DNA of 64,000 bases from Spirulina sp. (GCA_044070495.1 JBIPSI010000019.1:1-64000); one strand, 5' to 3'. Positions 38,203-47,863 are shown, counted from the stretch's first letter. Notes: generated by a model not told the origin, from the sequence alone. Numbers and translations: made by a program.

Positions 38203-38955
38203 ATGAGTAAAGCGACGCATGCTTTGATCGTTGCCACTTTGTCAGCACCAAATACTACCAGTTCACAGACACCTTCATCACCTCAAATATCGAATCAATT
38301 GGATATGGATATCGCGGTAGTCATAGCTGCCCTCATAACTGCTGCTATTTCCTTGGCAACTACACTAATTAATTTGCGAATCCAACGAAGAATAGAGCAA
38401 AGCCGTCAAGAGCTAGAGAGACAACTTCAACATGAGAAGCGCAACCATGAGATAGCAATTGAAAATTTAAGAGCAGATAACGAACATAAGCTTAAAAATC
38501 AGCCTCGTCGTCTTGAGTTTATCGGCTTCTGGAGAAAGATGCTCTACAAAGACGCGACGACTTATGAAGATATACTAAAGGAAGAGTCATATAAAACCTT
38601 AGAGAAGTTTATCGCTTCTGAAGTGTGTGCTATGTTGCAAAAAGAAATTGAAGAGTCGAAAGAGAAACTAGAAAAACTCAATAAATCTCTTGAATGGAAG
38701 GAGAAAGTTTATAACGGAAAATGGTGGGATGAAGACGAAGCTGAGTATCAACTACAACAAGATCTTGTCTACTATTCAAAATCTTGGATGGAGTATGAAG
38801 GTGATTATGTTGGCATTTTAGAAGCACTAGAAAGTATGGCAGAAACTAGGCATGAAATTTATCAGATAAAACAGGATTTAACCACGCTCATGAAGACTCA
38901 ACTCATAGAAGAACTGCGAAGACTTGAAACGGAAGAATGGAAGTTGCTGAGCTAA
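38203..38955 (+). CDS. AT-rich hypothetical protein, one TM helix + coiled coil
   Basis: 250-aa ORF 9 bp after the previous gene; IAVVIAALITAAISLATTLI. Confidence 0.7.
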   Translation: MSKATHALIVATLSAPNTTSSQTPSSPQISNQLDMDIAVVIAALITAAISLATTLINLRIQRRIEQSRQELERQLQHEKRNHEIAIENLRADNEHKLKNQPRRLEFIGFWRKMLYKDATTYEDILKEESYKTLEKFIASEVCAMLQKEIEESKEKLEKLNKSLEWKEKVYNGKWWDEDEAEYQLQQDLVYYSKSWMEYEGDYVGILEALESMAETRHEIYQIKQDLTTLMKTQLIEELRRLETEEWKLLS

Positions 38956-39024
38956 ATGTGAACTGATTATCAATTGTTGTAGTAGAGTAAGACGCACAAC
39001 ATCCGTCATTCAGTAAGTAAGTAA

Positions 39025-39157
39025 GTACGGTGGGCACTGCCCACCATCAAATTTAAGCTGCCCCAGTTGGCTCAATCTTTCCTGAAACTAAGCCAGTTCA
39101 GCCGGGTTATCTTGGGCGATTTTGCGTTATTCCTGTGGTGGGCACTGCCCACCCTAC
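39025..39157. repeat. 133-bp inverted REP doublet (REPIN-like)
   Basis: GTACGGTGGGCACTGCCCACC ... GGTGGGCACTGCCCACCCTAC with a conserved spacer. Confidence 0.88.
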
Positions 39158-39246
39158 TGTGGATGAAGCCAATGGTGGTAATCCTGGGTAAGGCGGGTGT
39201 CCTGCTGTACTCAGCCAACCTAGATGTGGGGATCGAGCACAATCAT
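39154..39246 (-). pseudogene. Second, more decayed copy of the VapC 5' fragment
   Basis: MIVLDPHI*VG*VQQDTRLTQDYHHWLHPQ*; colinear with 36519-36611. Confidence 0.75.
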
Positions 39247-39346
39247 GAGTCATCTAATCACAGTATTTGGTGACGGATGCCTGCTTGGCCCAAGCAAAAG
39301 CCCGTGGTCGCTATAATAGGCGCAAGTCTCTACATTGCCTGCTGCC

Positions 39347-39559
39347 ATGATCTCCCAACAACTCGAAGAGCGCTCTCAGCCCCTCGAAGCACGGGTTGCG
39401 GCTTTGGAAACAGAACTAACGCAGCTTAAACAGGTGTTAGCTGCCCTTCTGCCAAAGCCCACCCCCTGGTGGTCAAAGATTGCGGGTAGCTTTGAAGACG
39501 ATCCGACCTTCGATGCCGCGATGAACTTTGGCCAAGACTGGCGCAAGACCGCCGATTAG
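39347..39559 (+). CDS. Putative antitoxin
   Basis: LEARVAALETEL...PWWSKIAGSFEDDPTFD...GQDWR; directly upstream of a PIN gene; TATAAT at 39312-39317. Confidence 0.78.
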   Translation: MISQQLEERSQPLEARVAALETELTQLKQVLAALLPKPTPWWSKIAGSFEDDPTFDAAMNFGQDWRKTAD

Positions 39560-39575
39560 GTCGCTTGCCGCCATT

Positions 39576-39998
39576 ATGTACATCCTCGATACCGATCACC
39601 TCAGCTTCATTCAGCGCAAGAACCAGGCAGGGCAACGCATTTTACAAAAACTTGCTGCCATTGAAGAGGCTGAAATAGCCGTCACCATCATCACCTACGA
39701 AGAGCAGCTTAGAGGGCGGCTTCGGATTGTGGCTGGCGCAAAAACCGTTGAAGAGCAAGTTTCTGCCTATTACTGGCTGCACCAACTTGCTTTGGACTAC
39801 ACCTTAATTACCCTTGTGCCCTTCGACGCCAGTGCCGCCCAAATTTATGAGCGGCTGCGTAAAGCCTATCCTCGCCTCGGCACCATGGATCTCAAAATTG
39901 CAGCGATTGCGATTTCACGTCAGGCAACGCTTCTGACCCACAATATCTCAGACTTTCAGCAGATAGCCGATCTATTGGTCGAAGATTGGTCAATTTAA
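39576..39998 (+). CDS. VapC/PIN toxin
   Basis: YILDTDHLS, ITYEEQ, MDLKIAAIA, LLTHNISDF, EDW. Confidence 0.9.
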   Translation: MYILDTDHLSFIQRKNQAGQRILQKLAAIEEAEIAVTIITYEEQLRGRLRIVAGAKTVEEQVSAYYWLHQLALDYTLITLVPFDASAAQIYERLRKAYPRLGTMDLKIAAIAISRQATLLTHNISDFQQIADLLVEDWSI

Positions 39999-40060
39999 TC
40001 ACCCAACTTAACAGCAAATAGAGAGCAATGCTTACCCTTAAAATTAAGCGCCCCCAGTAA

Positions 40061-40193
40061 GTAGGGTGGGCACTGCCCACCATTAAATTTAAGCTGTCTC
40101 AGTTAGCCCAATCTTTCCTAAAACTAAGCTAGTTCAGCCGATTGTATTGGGGTGATTGTACATTCTTCCTGTGGTGGGCAGTGCCCACCCTAC
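40061..40193. repeat. 133-bp inverted REP doublet (REPIN-like)
   Basis: GTAGGGTGGGCACTGCCCACC ... GGTGGGCAGTGCCCACCCTAC; spacer homologous to 39025-39157. Confidence 0.9.
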
Positions 40194-40244
40194 CGTGGCT
40201 GCGATCACTGACTACCCCAGTGACCTAGCCCTCCTCGTCATTAC

Positions 40245-40667
40245 TTAGGAAAGAATCTTCAAAAACTGTTCGGGATTCACGATGGGTATTGCAAAAGTAG
40301 CTTTTAGGCTGAGCAGATCGTGATCGCCCGTAACCAAATAATCTGTCCGACCCACCACTGCCAACTGCAAAAACGGCACATCCAAAGGATCGCGACAGTT
40401 TGGAACCATTGGCAGTTCTGGCGGCATTGGTACAACCTCGCAGTAGGGCAAATAATCTGCCAAGAGATCATCCTGCTCAATTCTAGTCAGCCTGAATTTT
40501 GGGTAGGCCAAAACTCGAATTAACTCAGTTGCTGTTACCCGCGATACCAAAGGCGTCAAGCGCTGAGCTTGCCAAGCTTCGCGCAACGTAGCCATTGTCC
40601 CTTGCCTGAACACCAATGCAGAAACCAACACATTGGTATCTAGCACCGCCCGAAGCACCTGGGTCAT
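40245..40667 (-). CDS. PIN-family toxin
   Basis: VLDTNVLVSA, CRDPLDVPFL, LVTGDHDLL. Confidence 0.9.
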   Translation of the reverse strand: MTQVLRAVLDTNVLVSALVFRQGTMATLREAWQAQRLTPLVSRVTATELIRVLAYPKFRLTRIEQDDLLADYLPYCEVVPMPPELPMVPNCRDPLDVPFLQLAVVGRTDYLVTGDHDLLSLKATFAIPIVNPEQFLKILS

Positions 40668-40900
40668 GATTGAGGGGTAGAACCGTCACGAGCCCAGGTT
40701 ACAGCATCCGCCACATCTTGCTCTGTAATGTTCAGCTCGGCCAGCTTTTCTCTAACCGCATTAGACCGCTGAACTTTAACCGGGGTAAGAATTACTTGCC
40801 CGCCCTCAACCGTGATCTCAAAGTACTCCACAGGGCCAAGCGCTTCAGTAACACTCAACGGTAGGGTGATTCGATTTTGATCCGTAAGTTTTGTAAGCAC
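40664..40900 (-). CDS. AbrB/MazE-type antitoxin
   Basis: KLTDQNRITLP...VILTP; ATGA overlap with the PIN gene. Confidence 0.85.
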   Translation of the reverse strand: MLTKLTDQNRITLPLSVTEALGPVEYFEITVEGGQVILTPVKVQRSNAVREKLAELNITEQDVADAVTWARDGSTPQS

Positions 40901-41101
40901 GTCACGAATACTCAGTCAGGCTATATGTCTAGCTTAGCGTAGCGAAAGAACTGTTACGGCCACATCGGAGCGAAACCCAGTCATTCTCGTGCCAGCGGGT
41001 CGCAAATGAACTGTGGGCCAAGGTGGACTTGAGGTTGCCCTAGGGCGATCGCTCATACTCTTCACTGGTAGGCAGTGCCTCCCCCTACCGTGGCTTAAGT
41101 A

Positions 41102-41902
41102 TTAGCGCAGATCCTGTACGGGTGATATATCTCTGTGTGTGCTGGTCTTGCGCTTCTCTGCATACAGCGCTTCGTCAGCACGGGCCAAGGCCTGATCAAA
41201 GGATTCTTTTCGGTGCAATAGAACCATGCCGATGCTGGTGGAAACCAAAATGGGTTCGTCACTATCCCTATGGTTTAAGGTGAAGTGGCTGCACTGGGCG
41301 CGGATTTCCTGTTGAATTTGCTCGATTTTGGTAGGGGATCCGGTAATCAGGAACGCAAACTCGTCACCGCCCAGACGACCGACGAGGCCCTCGTTCAGGA
41401 TCCCGTGCAATTGATGCACGACTGTACACAGAGCCTCATCACCGAGGCGGTGGCCGAAGCGGTCGTTGAGGGTCTTAAAGCAATCCAGATCGACCATGCC
41501 CACCAGCCCAGAATCGGCATAACGCCAAGTGTCGAGGTGGTTGGCCGCCTCGGTGAAGAAACCGCGTCGGTTGGCCGCGCCGGTGAGGGGATCGGTGGTA
41601 GAAAGCCTGAGTACAGCTAGATAGGCCGTATCTAGGCGCACCAGCAGACTTACGATCAGCCAAACACTAACGGGGGCTACCAATAACGGTACCGCCACGG
41701 CGATGGCCAGCGAGACCGCTAGGGTCACCCTTGGCGAATAATCCACGGACAATTGTGGAACGACCAGAGTGAGGGTCGCTAGGACAGACAAGCTAATCGA
41801 GCCAGCCGTGATCAGTGCAATGACACCTCGCGCACCAACCCGACGATAGAGCCCCATAATCGCCTGTTCCATCGGATTCAGGTTAATGTGCGGGTCATCC
41901 AT
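41102..41902 (-). CDS. Membrane-anchored GGDEF diguanylate cyclase (start uncertain)
   Basis: DPLTGAANRR, DLDCFKTLNDRFGH..GD, RLGGDEF, ADEALY; two TM helices. Confidence 0.9.
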   Translation of the reverse strand: MDDPHINLNPMEQAIMGLYRRVGARGVIALITAGSISLSVLATLTLVVPQLSVDYSPRVTLAVSLAIAVAVPLLVAPVSVWLIVSLLVRLDTAYLAVLRLSTTDPLTGAANRRGFFTEAANHLDTWRYADSGLVGMVDLDCFKTLNDRFGHRLGDEALCTVVHQLHGILNEGLVGRLGGDEFAFLITGSPTKIEQIQQEIRAQCSHFTLNHRDSDEPILVSTSIGMVLLHRKESFDQALARADEALYAEKRKTSTHRDISPVQDLR

Positions 41903-42155
41903 GAACCAACCATACCTACATGCCAAGTAGAAATCGTGCCCGTAACCGCTACTCACCTCTTCATTGTTAGTCTACCCAGACGACGTCCTAATCATCTGCG
42001 GCCAACCTTTGGGGATGGACTCCCAGATCTAAAAGACGATACCCCGGCATTGCAACGGCTCTTTCGTTGCTTAGGGCACCCCCAATCGGCAAAAATCCGT
42101 CACCATAGAAACAGTGCCAGTAAAACTGCATTTTTGTACTGTTTGAGAATCAGCG

Positions 42156-44162
42156 ATGGGCGACTTCAACATTCAGGCCCCCTTTGAACCGATGGGCGAT
42201 CAGCCCAAGGCCATTGCCGGACTCACCCAATTTTTGAAGGACAACACCCGCTACCAAACCCTGTTGGGGGCCACGGGTACGGGCAAAACCCACACCATCG
42301 CCCGCGTCATCGACAACATCGGCAAGCCCACCCTGGTGCTGGCCCACAACAAAACCCTGGCGGCCCAGCTTTGCAACGAACTGCGGGAGTTTTTCCCCGA
42401 CAACGCCGTGGAGTACTTCATCAGCTACTACGACTACTACCAGCCGGAAGCCTACATCCCGGTGACGGACACCTACATCGCCAAAACCGCCTCGATTAAC
42501 GAAGAAATCGACATGCTGCGGCACTCCGCCACCCGGTCGCTGTTCGAGCGGCGGGACGTGATTGTGGTGGCCTCCATTAGCTGCATCTACGGTTTGGGGA
42601 TGCCTGCGGAATACCTGAAAGCCTCGATTCCGTTGCAGGTGGGGATGGAGGTGAATCAGCGCCAGGTGTTGCGAGATTTGGCCCAAATTCAGTACGAACG
42701 CAATGACCTGGATCTCGGTCGAGGGCGGTTTCGGGTGAAGGGCGACGTGCTAGAAATTGGCCCCGCCTACGAAGACCGCATCATTCGGGTAGAGTTCTTT
42801 GGCGACGAAATCGATGCCATCCGCTACGTCGATCCCATCACCGGGGCCACCCTACAAAGCATGGAGGGACTGAGCATCTACCCCGCCAAGCACTTTGTTA
42901 CCCCCGAAGAACGGGTCGAAGAAGCCACCAAGGCCATCCAAGAAGAACTGGCGGCACGGCTGGAAGCCCTGGAAAAAGAGGGCAAGTTACTGGAAGCCCA
43001 GCGCCTAGAACAGCGCACCCGCTACGACCTAGAGATGATCCGCGAGGTGGGCTACTGCAACGGCGTGGAAAACTACGCCCGCCACCTAGCCGGACGCCCC
43101 GCCGGATCGCCACCGGAATGTTTGCTGGATTACTTCCCCAAGGACTGGCTACTGGTGATCGACGAATCCCACGTCACCATTCCCCAAATTCGCGGCATGT
43201 ACAACGGCGACCGCAGCCGCAAAATGGTGCTGATCGACCACGGCTTCCGTCTGCCCAGCGCCGCCGACAACCGCCCCCTCAAGGCCGAAGAATTTTGGGA
43301 GAAAGTCAACCAGTGCATCTTTGTCTCCGCCACACCGGGGGATTGGGAGATGGAGATCTCCGAGGGCAAAGTGGTGGAACAGATCATTCGCCCCACCGGA
43401 GTGCTCGACCCAGAATTGTTTGTGCGCCCCACCGAAGGCCAAATCGACGACCTGCTGGGGGAGGTGCGGGATCGTGCCCAGCGCCAGGAGCGCGTCTTGG
43501 TCACCACCCTGACCAAGCGCATGGCCGAAGACCTGACCGAATACCTAGAAGAACATGGCGTGCGGGTGCGTTATTTACATTCGGAAATCCACTCCATCGA
43601 GCGGATCGAAATCATCCAAGACCTGCGCGACGGCAACTACGATGTGCTGGTGGGGGTGAACCTGCTGCGGGAGGGGCTAGACTTGCCCGAAGTCTCCCTA
43701 GTAGCGATTTTGGACGCCGACAAAGAGGGCTTTTTGCGGGCCGAGCGCTCCCTGATCCAAACCATCGGACGGGCGGCGCGCCATGTCCGGGGGCAGGCCA
43801 TCCTCTACGCCGACAATTTAACCGACAGCATGGCTAGGGCCATCGATGAAACCGAACGCCGCCGCGCCATCCAAACCGCCTACAACCAGGCCAACGGCAT
43901 CACCCCCCAACCCATCGAACGGCGCAATAAAGGCAACTCCATCCTCTCCTTCCTCGATATTTCCCGCCGCCTCAATGCCCAGGAGCTTGAGGAAGCCTAC
44001 GAACACAAGGAAGACCTGCCCCTGGAGGACATCCCCGAACTGATCGGCCAACTGGAAAAACAAATGAAAGAAGCCGCCAAAAACCTCGAATTTGAAGAGG
44101 CCGCCAAGTACCGCGACCGGATCAAAACCCTGAGGGATCAACTACTTGGAAAACGGGCTTAG
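42156..44162 (+). CDS. uvrB: Excinuclease ABC subunit B
   Basis: [34 protein letters not shown]-terminal motif. Confidence 0.99.
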   Translation: MGDFNIQAPFEPMGDQPKAIAGLTQFLKDNTRYQTLLGATGTGKTHTIARVIDNIGKPTLVLAHNKTLAAQLCNELREFFPDNAVEYFISYYDYYQPEAYIPVTDTYIAKTASINEEIDMLRHSATRSLFERRDVIVVASISCIYGLGMPAEYLKASIPLQVGMEVNQRQVLRDLAQIQYERNDLDLGRGRFRVKGDVLEIGPAYEDRIIRVEFFGDEIDAIRYVDPITGATLQSMEGLSIYPAKHFVTPEERVEEATKAIQEELAARLEALEKEGKLLEAQRLEQRTRYDLEMIREVGYCNGVENYARHLAGRPAGSPPECLLDYFPKDWLLVIDESHVTIPQIRGMYNGDRSRKMVLIDHGFRLPSAADNRPLKAEEFWEKVNQCIFVSATPGDWEMEISEGKVVEQIIRPTGVLDPELFVRPTEGQIDDLLGEVRDRAQRQERVLVTTLTKRMAEDLTEYLEEHGVRVRYLHSEIHSIERIEIIQDLRDGNYDVLVGVNLLREGLDLPEVSLVAILDADKEGFLRAERSLIQTIGRAARHVRGQAILYADNLTDSMARAIDETERRRAIQTAYNQANGITPQPIERRNKGNSILSFLDISRRLNAQELEEAYEHKEDLPLEDIPELIGQLEKQMKEAAKNLEFEEAAKYRDRIKTLRDQLLGKRA

Positions 44163-44236
44163 TGGAACCCGAGTTCGGGTTAATCTCAATAGCCTTATGC
44201 CCTGGCAGCCCTCACCTTAAATCCCTCCCCCATGGG

Positions 44237-44404
44237 GCTACCGCTTATGCATAGCTTGTTCTCATGCCGTCATGCTTGTGGGATCCCCCTAAATCCCCCT
44301 TGGAAAGGGGGACGTTGACTCCGATTCCCCCCTTTTTTAAGGGGGGCTAGGGGGGATCAACCCTAGGAACCTAGCGGAATAGAAACTTGTGTATAAACAG
44401 TAGC
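44237..44404. mobile_element. MITE (168 bp) with 10-bp target duplication, nested inside another dispersed repeat
   Basis: TIRs GCTACCGCTTATGCATAG / CTTGTGTATAAACAGTAGC; CCCCCATGGG at 44227-44236 and 44405-44414. Confidence 0.82.
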
Positions 44405-44517
44405 CCCCCATGGGAGAGGGGCTGGGGATGTAGTTCACTTCCTGTAAGGGGACGCTATAGCGCAAGTCAGAAGCGAGTCTCTAAAGATTTAATTCCTTGG
44501 CTTATCCCGAACTCTGG

Positions 44518-45477
44518 TTAGTGGAGATAAGGCAAGTCTGGCCCAGCGGGGACAATGCCCCCTGGATTGAGGGGGAACAGGTTGCCGTAGTAGTCGCGTT
44601 TGACGGCAGCGAGATCGCAGGTGGCGACCACTCCGGGCTGGTGGTAGAGGGCTTGCACGTAGCGGCAGAGGGCCGGGTAGTCTTGAATGCGGCGGCGGTT
44701 GCATTTGAACAGACTGTAGTACACCACATCAAAGCGAAACAGCGTCGGGAAAAGGCGCACATCGGCCAGGGTGAGGGTCTCGCCACAGAGGTAGGGCTGA
44801 CTGGATAGGGTCTGCTCAATGGCGTCTAGAGTCTCAAACAGTTCCCCACAGGCGCGGTCGTAGGCGGCCTGGGTTTGGGCAAAGCCGCAGCGATAAACGC
44901 CGTTATTCACGCTGGCGTAGATGCGCTCGTTCCAGGAGTCAATCTCGGCTTTGAGGGCAGCGGGATAAAGGTCGAGATCGGGATAGGCCGCAAATTCATT
45001 GAGTGATTGGTTGAGGATCTGGATAATCTCGGCACTGTCGTTATTGACGATGGTTTCAGCCTGAAAATCCCACAGCACCGGAACCGTGGCCCGTCCGGCA
45101 ATGCCCACCTGACGGTAGAGTTCGGGCAGGGTGCGGCAATTCTGGAACGGCGTAGGGAAAACCCAGCAGCCCTCGTCTGGGGAGGGTTCTACCACCACGA
45201 CCGTAACGGCATCCTCCAACCCTTTAAGGGCACGGGTCATCAGGGTACGGTGCGCCCAAGGACAACCCATCCCCACCATCAACCCATAGCGTTGGAAGGC
45301 CGGGGGATGGGGGCCATTGGGTGCAATCCAGCCCCGGCACTGGCTGGGGGGCCGCTGATAGTCGCCGCCCTCGTTGCTGGGAGCCATCTGGGCCATCATT
45401 TGCTGCCAGAGCGTGGTCCACACCCACTTGCCCGTGCGAATTAGCAAACCGGGGGGTAATGATGCTTTCTTAGCCAT
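44518..45477 (-). CDS. Glutathionyl-hydroquinone reductase (YqjG-like GST)
   Basis: CPWAHR, TVPVLWD, IVNNDS, NNGVYRCGFA, RFDVVY. Confidence 0.92.
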   Translation of the reverse strand: MAKKASLPPGLLIRTGKWVWTTLWQQMMAQMAPSNEGGDYQRPPSQCRGWIAPNGPHPPAFQRYGLMVGMGCPWAHRTLMTRALKGLEDAVTVVVVEPSPDEGCWVFPTPFQNCRTLPELYRQVGIAGRATVPVLWDFQAETIVNNDSAEIIQILNQSLNEFAAYPDLDLYPAALKAEIDSWNERIYASVNNGVYRCGFAQTQAAYDRACGELFETLDAIEQTLSSQPYLCGETLTLADVRLFPTLFRFDVVYYSLFKCNRRRIQDYPALCRYVQALYHQPGVVATCDLAAVKRDYYGNLFPLNPGGIVPAGPDLPYLH

Positions 45478-45485
45478 GGAATTTC

Positions 45486-46067
45486 CTACGGCAAGAGGGT
45501 ATGGAGGTTCAGCTCAAATCCTGGCAAAACAGCTTCTCCAGACAAGGTCGCCGTGAAGGGTACCGTTTCGGGGGCAACATCAGGACGATACACCTCCACC
45601 GTGCGGGTTTTAGGGTTCACCAGCCAGCCCAGCCGACAGCCGTTGTCAAGGTATTCCTGCATCTTGGCTTGGAGCGTTGCTACGTCATCGGTAGCGGACA
45701 GCAGCTCGATAACAAAGTCGGGGCAGAGGGGGGCAAATCCCTGGCGTTGGTCGGGGCTGAGGGACGTCCAGCGTTCTAGCGCCACCCAAGCCACATCGGG
45801 GGAGCGAATCGCCCCATTGGGCAACCGAAACCCGCTAGAGGAATCAAACGCTTTCCCCAGCCCTGTGCGGCGATTCCAAAGCGTCACATCAGCGGTCAGT
45901 TCAGAGTTGTAACTTCCGCTCTCGCTCCCGGTCGGTGCCATGGCGATGAGTTCTCCCGTGGCGGTGAGTTCTAGGCGCAGGTCGGGATTGGCCTGGACGA
46001 TGGCCCTAAACTGCTCCTCGCTGATCCGCAGGGTTTTTGGCAGAGTAACGGCAACGGTGGCTGGCAT
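45486..46067 (-). CDS. Uma2-family endonuclease
   Basis: FDSSSGFRLPNGAIRSPDVAW, CPDFVIELLS, KMQEY..NG. Confidence 0.92.
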   Translation of the reverse strand: MPATVAVTLPKTLRISEEQFRAIVQANPDLRLELTATGELIAMAPTGSESGSYNSELTADVTLWNRRTGLGKAFDSSSGFRLPNGAIRSPDVAWVALERWTSLSPDQRQGFAPLCPDFVIELLSATDDVATLQAKMQEYLDNGCRLGWLVNPKTRTVEVYRPDVAPETVPFTATLSGEAVLPGFELNLHTLLP

Positions 46068-46142
46068 AGACAAAACCGCGAAACGCCATGGCCCTATTCT
46101 AGCCAGCCAGGATGTCTGGGCAAGCGCCATGCCTCGGTGGCG

Positions 46143-46847
46143 TCAGGCGTCCTCGTTCCAGGCGGGGTGGGAGAGCAGGGAGGCCATCATTCGCACGCCG
46201 CGCAGTTGGTTGGAGAGGGGCAGGTGGCCATCGGGGGCGCTGAGATCCCAGATGAAGCCGCCCGGATAGCGCGTCCAAACATTGTCGTCTTTCCAGGCGA
46301 GGCGGGGCCAGAGTTTGTCCCAGTTTTGGCCGAGGGCGAGCCAAAGGCGTCGCTGCACCGAGAAGCCAAACTTGCCTTCAGAGTAGATTTGCCACAGCCG
46401 ATCAATCGTCTGCAAATCCAGGCTGGGGAACATGTCTACTTCCGTGAAATACACCCACTTGCGCTTTACCGCCGTGGGGCCAGCCAGTTCACACAGTTTG
46501 ACAAGGGTAAGGCGGTCAGCTTCTTGGAAGTCTTGGGCCACCAGACAATCTTGAAGGGGGGAATAGTCAATCTCGGCGGCAGAGGGCATGGGTACCCGAC
46601 CTTCGGGCCAGGTCTCTAGCAAAAAATCTTGGATGTCGTCCTGCTGAGTGGCGTAGAGCACCTGCACCATGCGGCCATCCAAAATCGTGGGCGGCGCATC
46701 CTTGCGGTCGAGCAACGCGGTTTTGAGAGCGCCTAGCCCCTCCGCCCCCAGGGCTACCAATTCGTGAACCGCCGAGAGTTGACGTTTGGGGGAATCGCCC
46801 TGAAGTTGCTGCCGCAAGTCCTCCAATGTGCCGCTTTCCGAAACCAT
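46143..46847 (-). CDS. gun4: GUN4 porphyrin-binding protein (Ycf53)
   Basis: DYSPLQ..L...DFQEAD, DLQTIDRLW..YSEGKFGFSVQ, GHLPLSNQLRG. Confidence 0.92.
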   Translation of the reverse strand: MVSESGTLEDLRQQLQGDSPKRQLSAVHELVALGAEGLGALKTALLDRKDAPPTILDGRMVQVLYATQQDDIQDFLLETWPEGRVPMPSAAEIDYSPLQDCLVAQDFQEADRLTLVKLCELAGPTAVKRKWVYFTEVDMFPSLDLQTIDRLWQIYSEGKFGFSVQRRLWLALGQNWDKLWPRLAWKDDNVWTRYPGGFIWDLSAPDGHLPLSNQLRGVRMMASLLSHPAWNEDA

Positions 46848-46920
46848 AGATCCTATGCCATGCGCTGTGAAACTGCCCTTTCCAATGATATGGCAATATC
46901 GGCGGTTTCTGGGGCTAGGG

Positions 46921-47343
46921 CTAGGGCAGGGGATGGGTGAGAAAGGCATATTCCTCGACTACTTGGCCGCCGATTAGGTGTTCTTGGATGATGCGCTCAA
47001 TCACCTCTGGGGTGGCGCTGTGGTACCATACGCCATCGGGGTAGACCAGCAAAATCGGCCCCTTGTGGCAGACCCGCAAACAGTGCACCTTGGTGCGAAA
47101 GATGCTGGTAGGCTGCTCGGCGGTGGGGATATCCAGCTTCAGTTCTTTAAGGCGATTTTTCAGATAGTCCCAGGCTTCTAGGCTGGCGGCCTTATCGCAG
47201 CACTTGGGGATAGATTGGTCGGCACAGATAAACACATGGCGCTGAATGCTGCCCAGGGCCAGGGCGTCAACACTCTGCTGGAGCACACTTTGCTGGAGGG
47301 CTGTTTCGGGAGTTTGGGACGCTGGGGTGGGGGAATTAGTCAT
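46921..47343 (-). CDS. Thioredoxin-like [2Fe-2S] ferredoxin
   Basis: RHVFIC...[18 protein letters not shown]. Confidence 0.9.
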   Translation of the reverse strand: MTNSPTPASQTPETALQQSVLQQSVDALALGSIQRHVFICADQSIPKCCDKAASLEAWDYLKNRLKELKLDIPTAEQPTSIFRTKVHCLRVCHKGPILLVYPDGVWYHSATPEVIERIIQEHLIGGQVVEEYAFLTHPLP

Positions 47344-47863
47344 GGCGGGCGGGATCTTCGGACGGGGTGGGTGGTGAATCGAGGTCAAGTGCTGTGGAGG
47401 ACTCGATGGTATCGACGGCCTCAGGGGAGTCGGTACCGGGGGCAGATTCCTCGACAGGATTAGCTTCGGCGACGGACTGGGTGGATTCAGCAGGCTCGGC
47501 GGACTCGGTAGGGGGGCTGACCTCCTCGGCGGGCGCATCAACCTGGGCAGTATCGGCCTTGGGAGCGGTATCTAGATTTTCGGGCACCACGGGGGAACTG
47601 GGCCGCACTCGACGGATGGGTAGGTTGGCAATCAGGGCGGTCATGCGCTGGTCGCTTTCCAGGTTAAATTCCAGGTGCTCTTGGTCAAGCTCCACGTAGC
47701 GCGAGACCACCTCTAGGATTTCCTGGCGCATTTTTTCCACCAGGTCGGGGCTGAGGTCGGTGCGGTCGTGGGCGAGGACAAACTGAAGCCGTTGCTTTGC
47801 CGACTCCCGGCTGGTGGGGGTGCGGTTGCGGTTAAAGAGTTTATCGAGCAGTTCGCTGAGCAT
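47336..47863 (-). CDS. minE: Cell division topological specificity factor MinE with long acidic tail
   Basis: [31 protein letters not shown]. Confidence 0.93.
   Translation of the reverse strand: MLSELLDKLFNRNRTPTSRESAKQRLQFVLAHDRTDLSPDLVEKMRQEILEVVSRYVELDQEHLEFNLESDQRMTALIANLPIRRVRPSSPVVPENLDTAPKADTAQVDAPAEEVSPPTESAEPAESTQSVAEANPVEESAPGTDSPEAVDTIESSTALDLDSPPTPSEDPARHD

Noticed and set aside
39067..39273. 68-aa ORF
   Set aside because: It is composed of REP doublet sequence and the antisense strand of the vapC fragment.
36027..41095. Classical integron or CRISPR interpretation of the island repeats
   Set aside because: There is no integrase, I could not identify attC RYYYAAC/GTTRRRY ends, genes lie on both strands, and the spacing is gene-sized.
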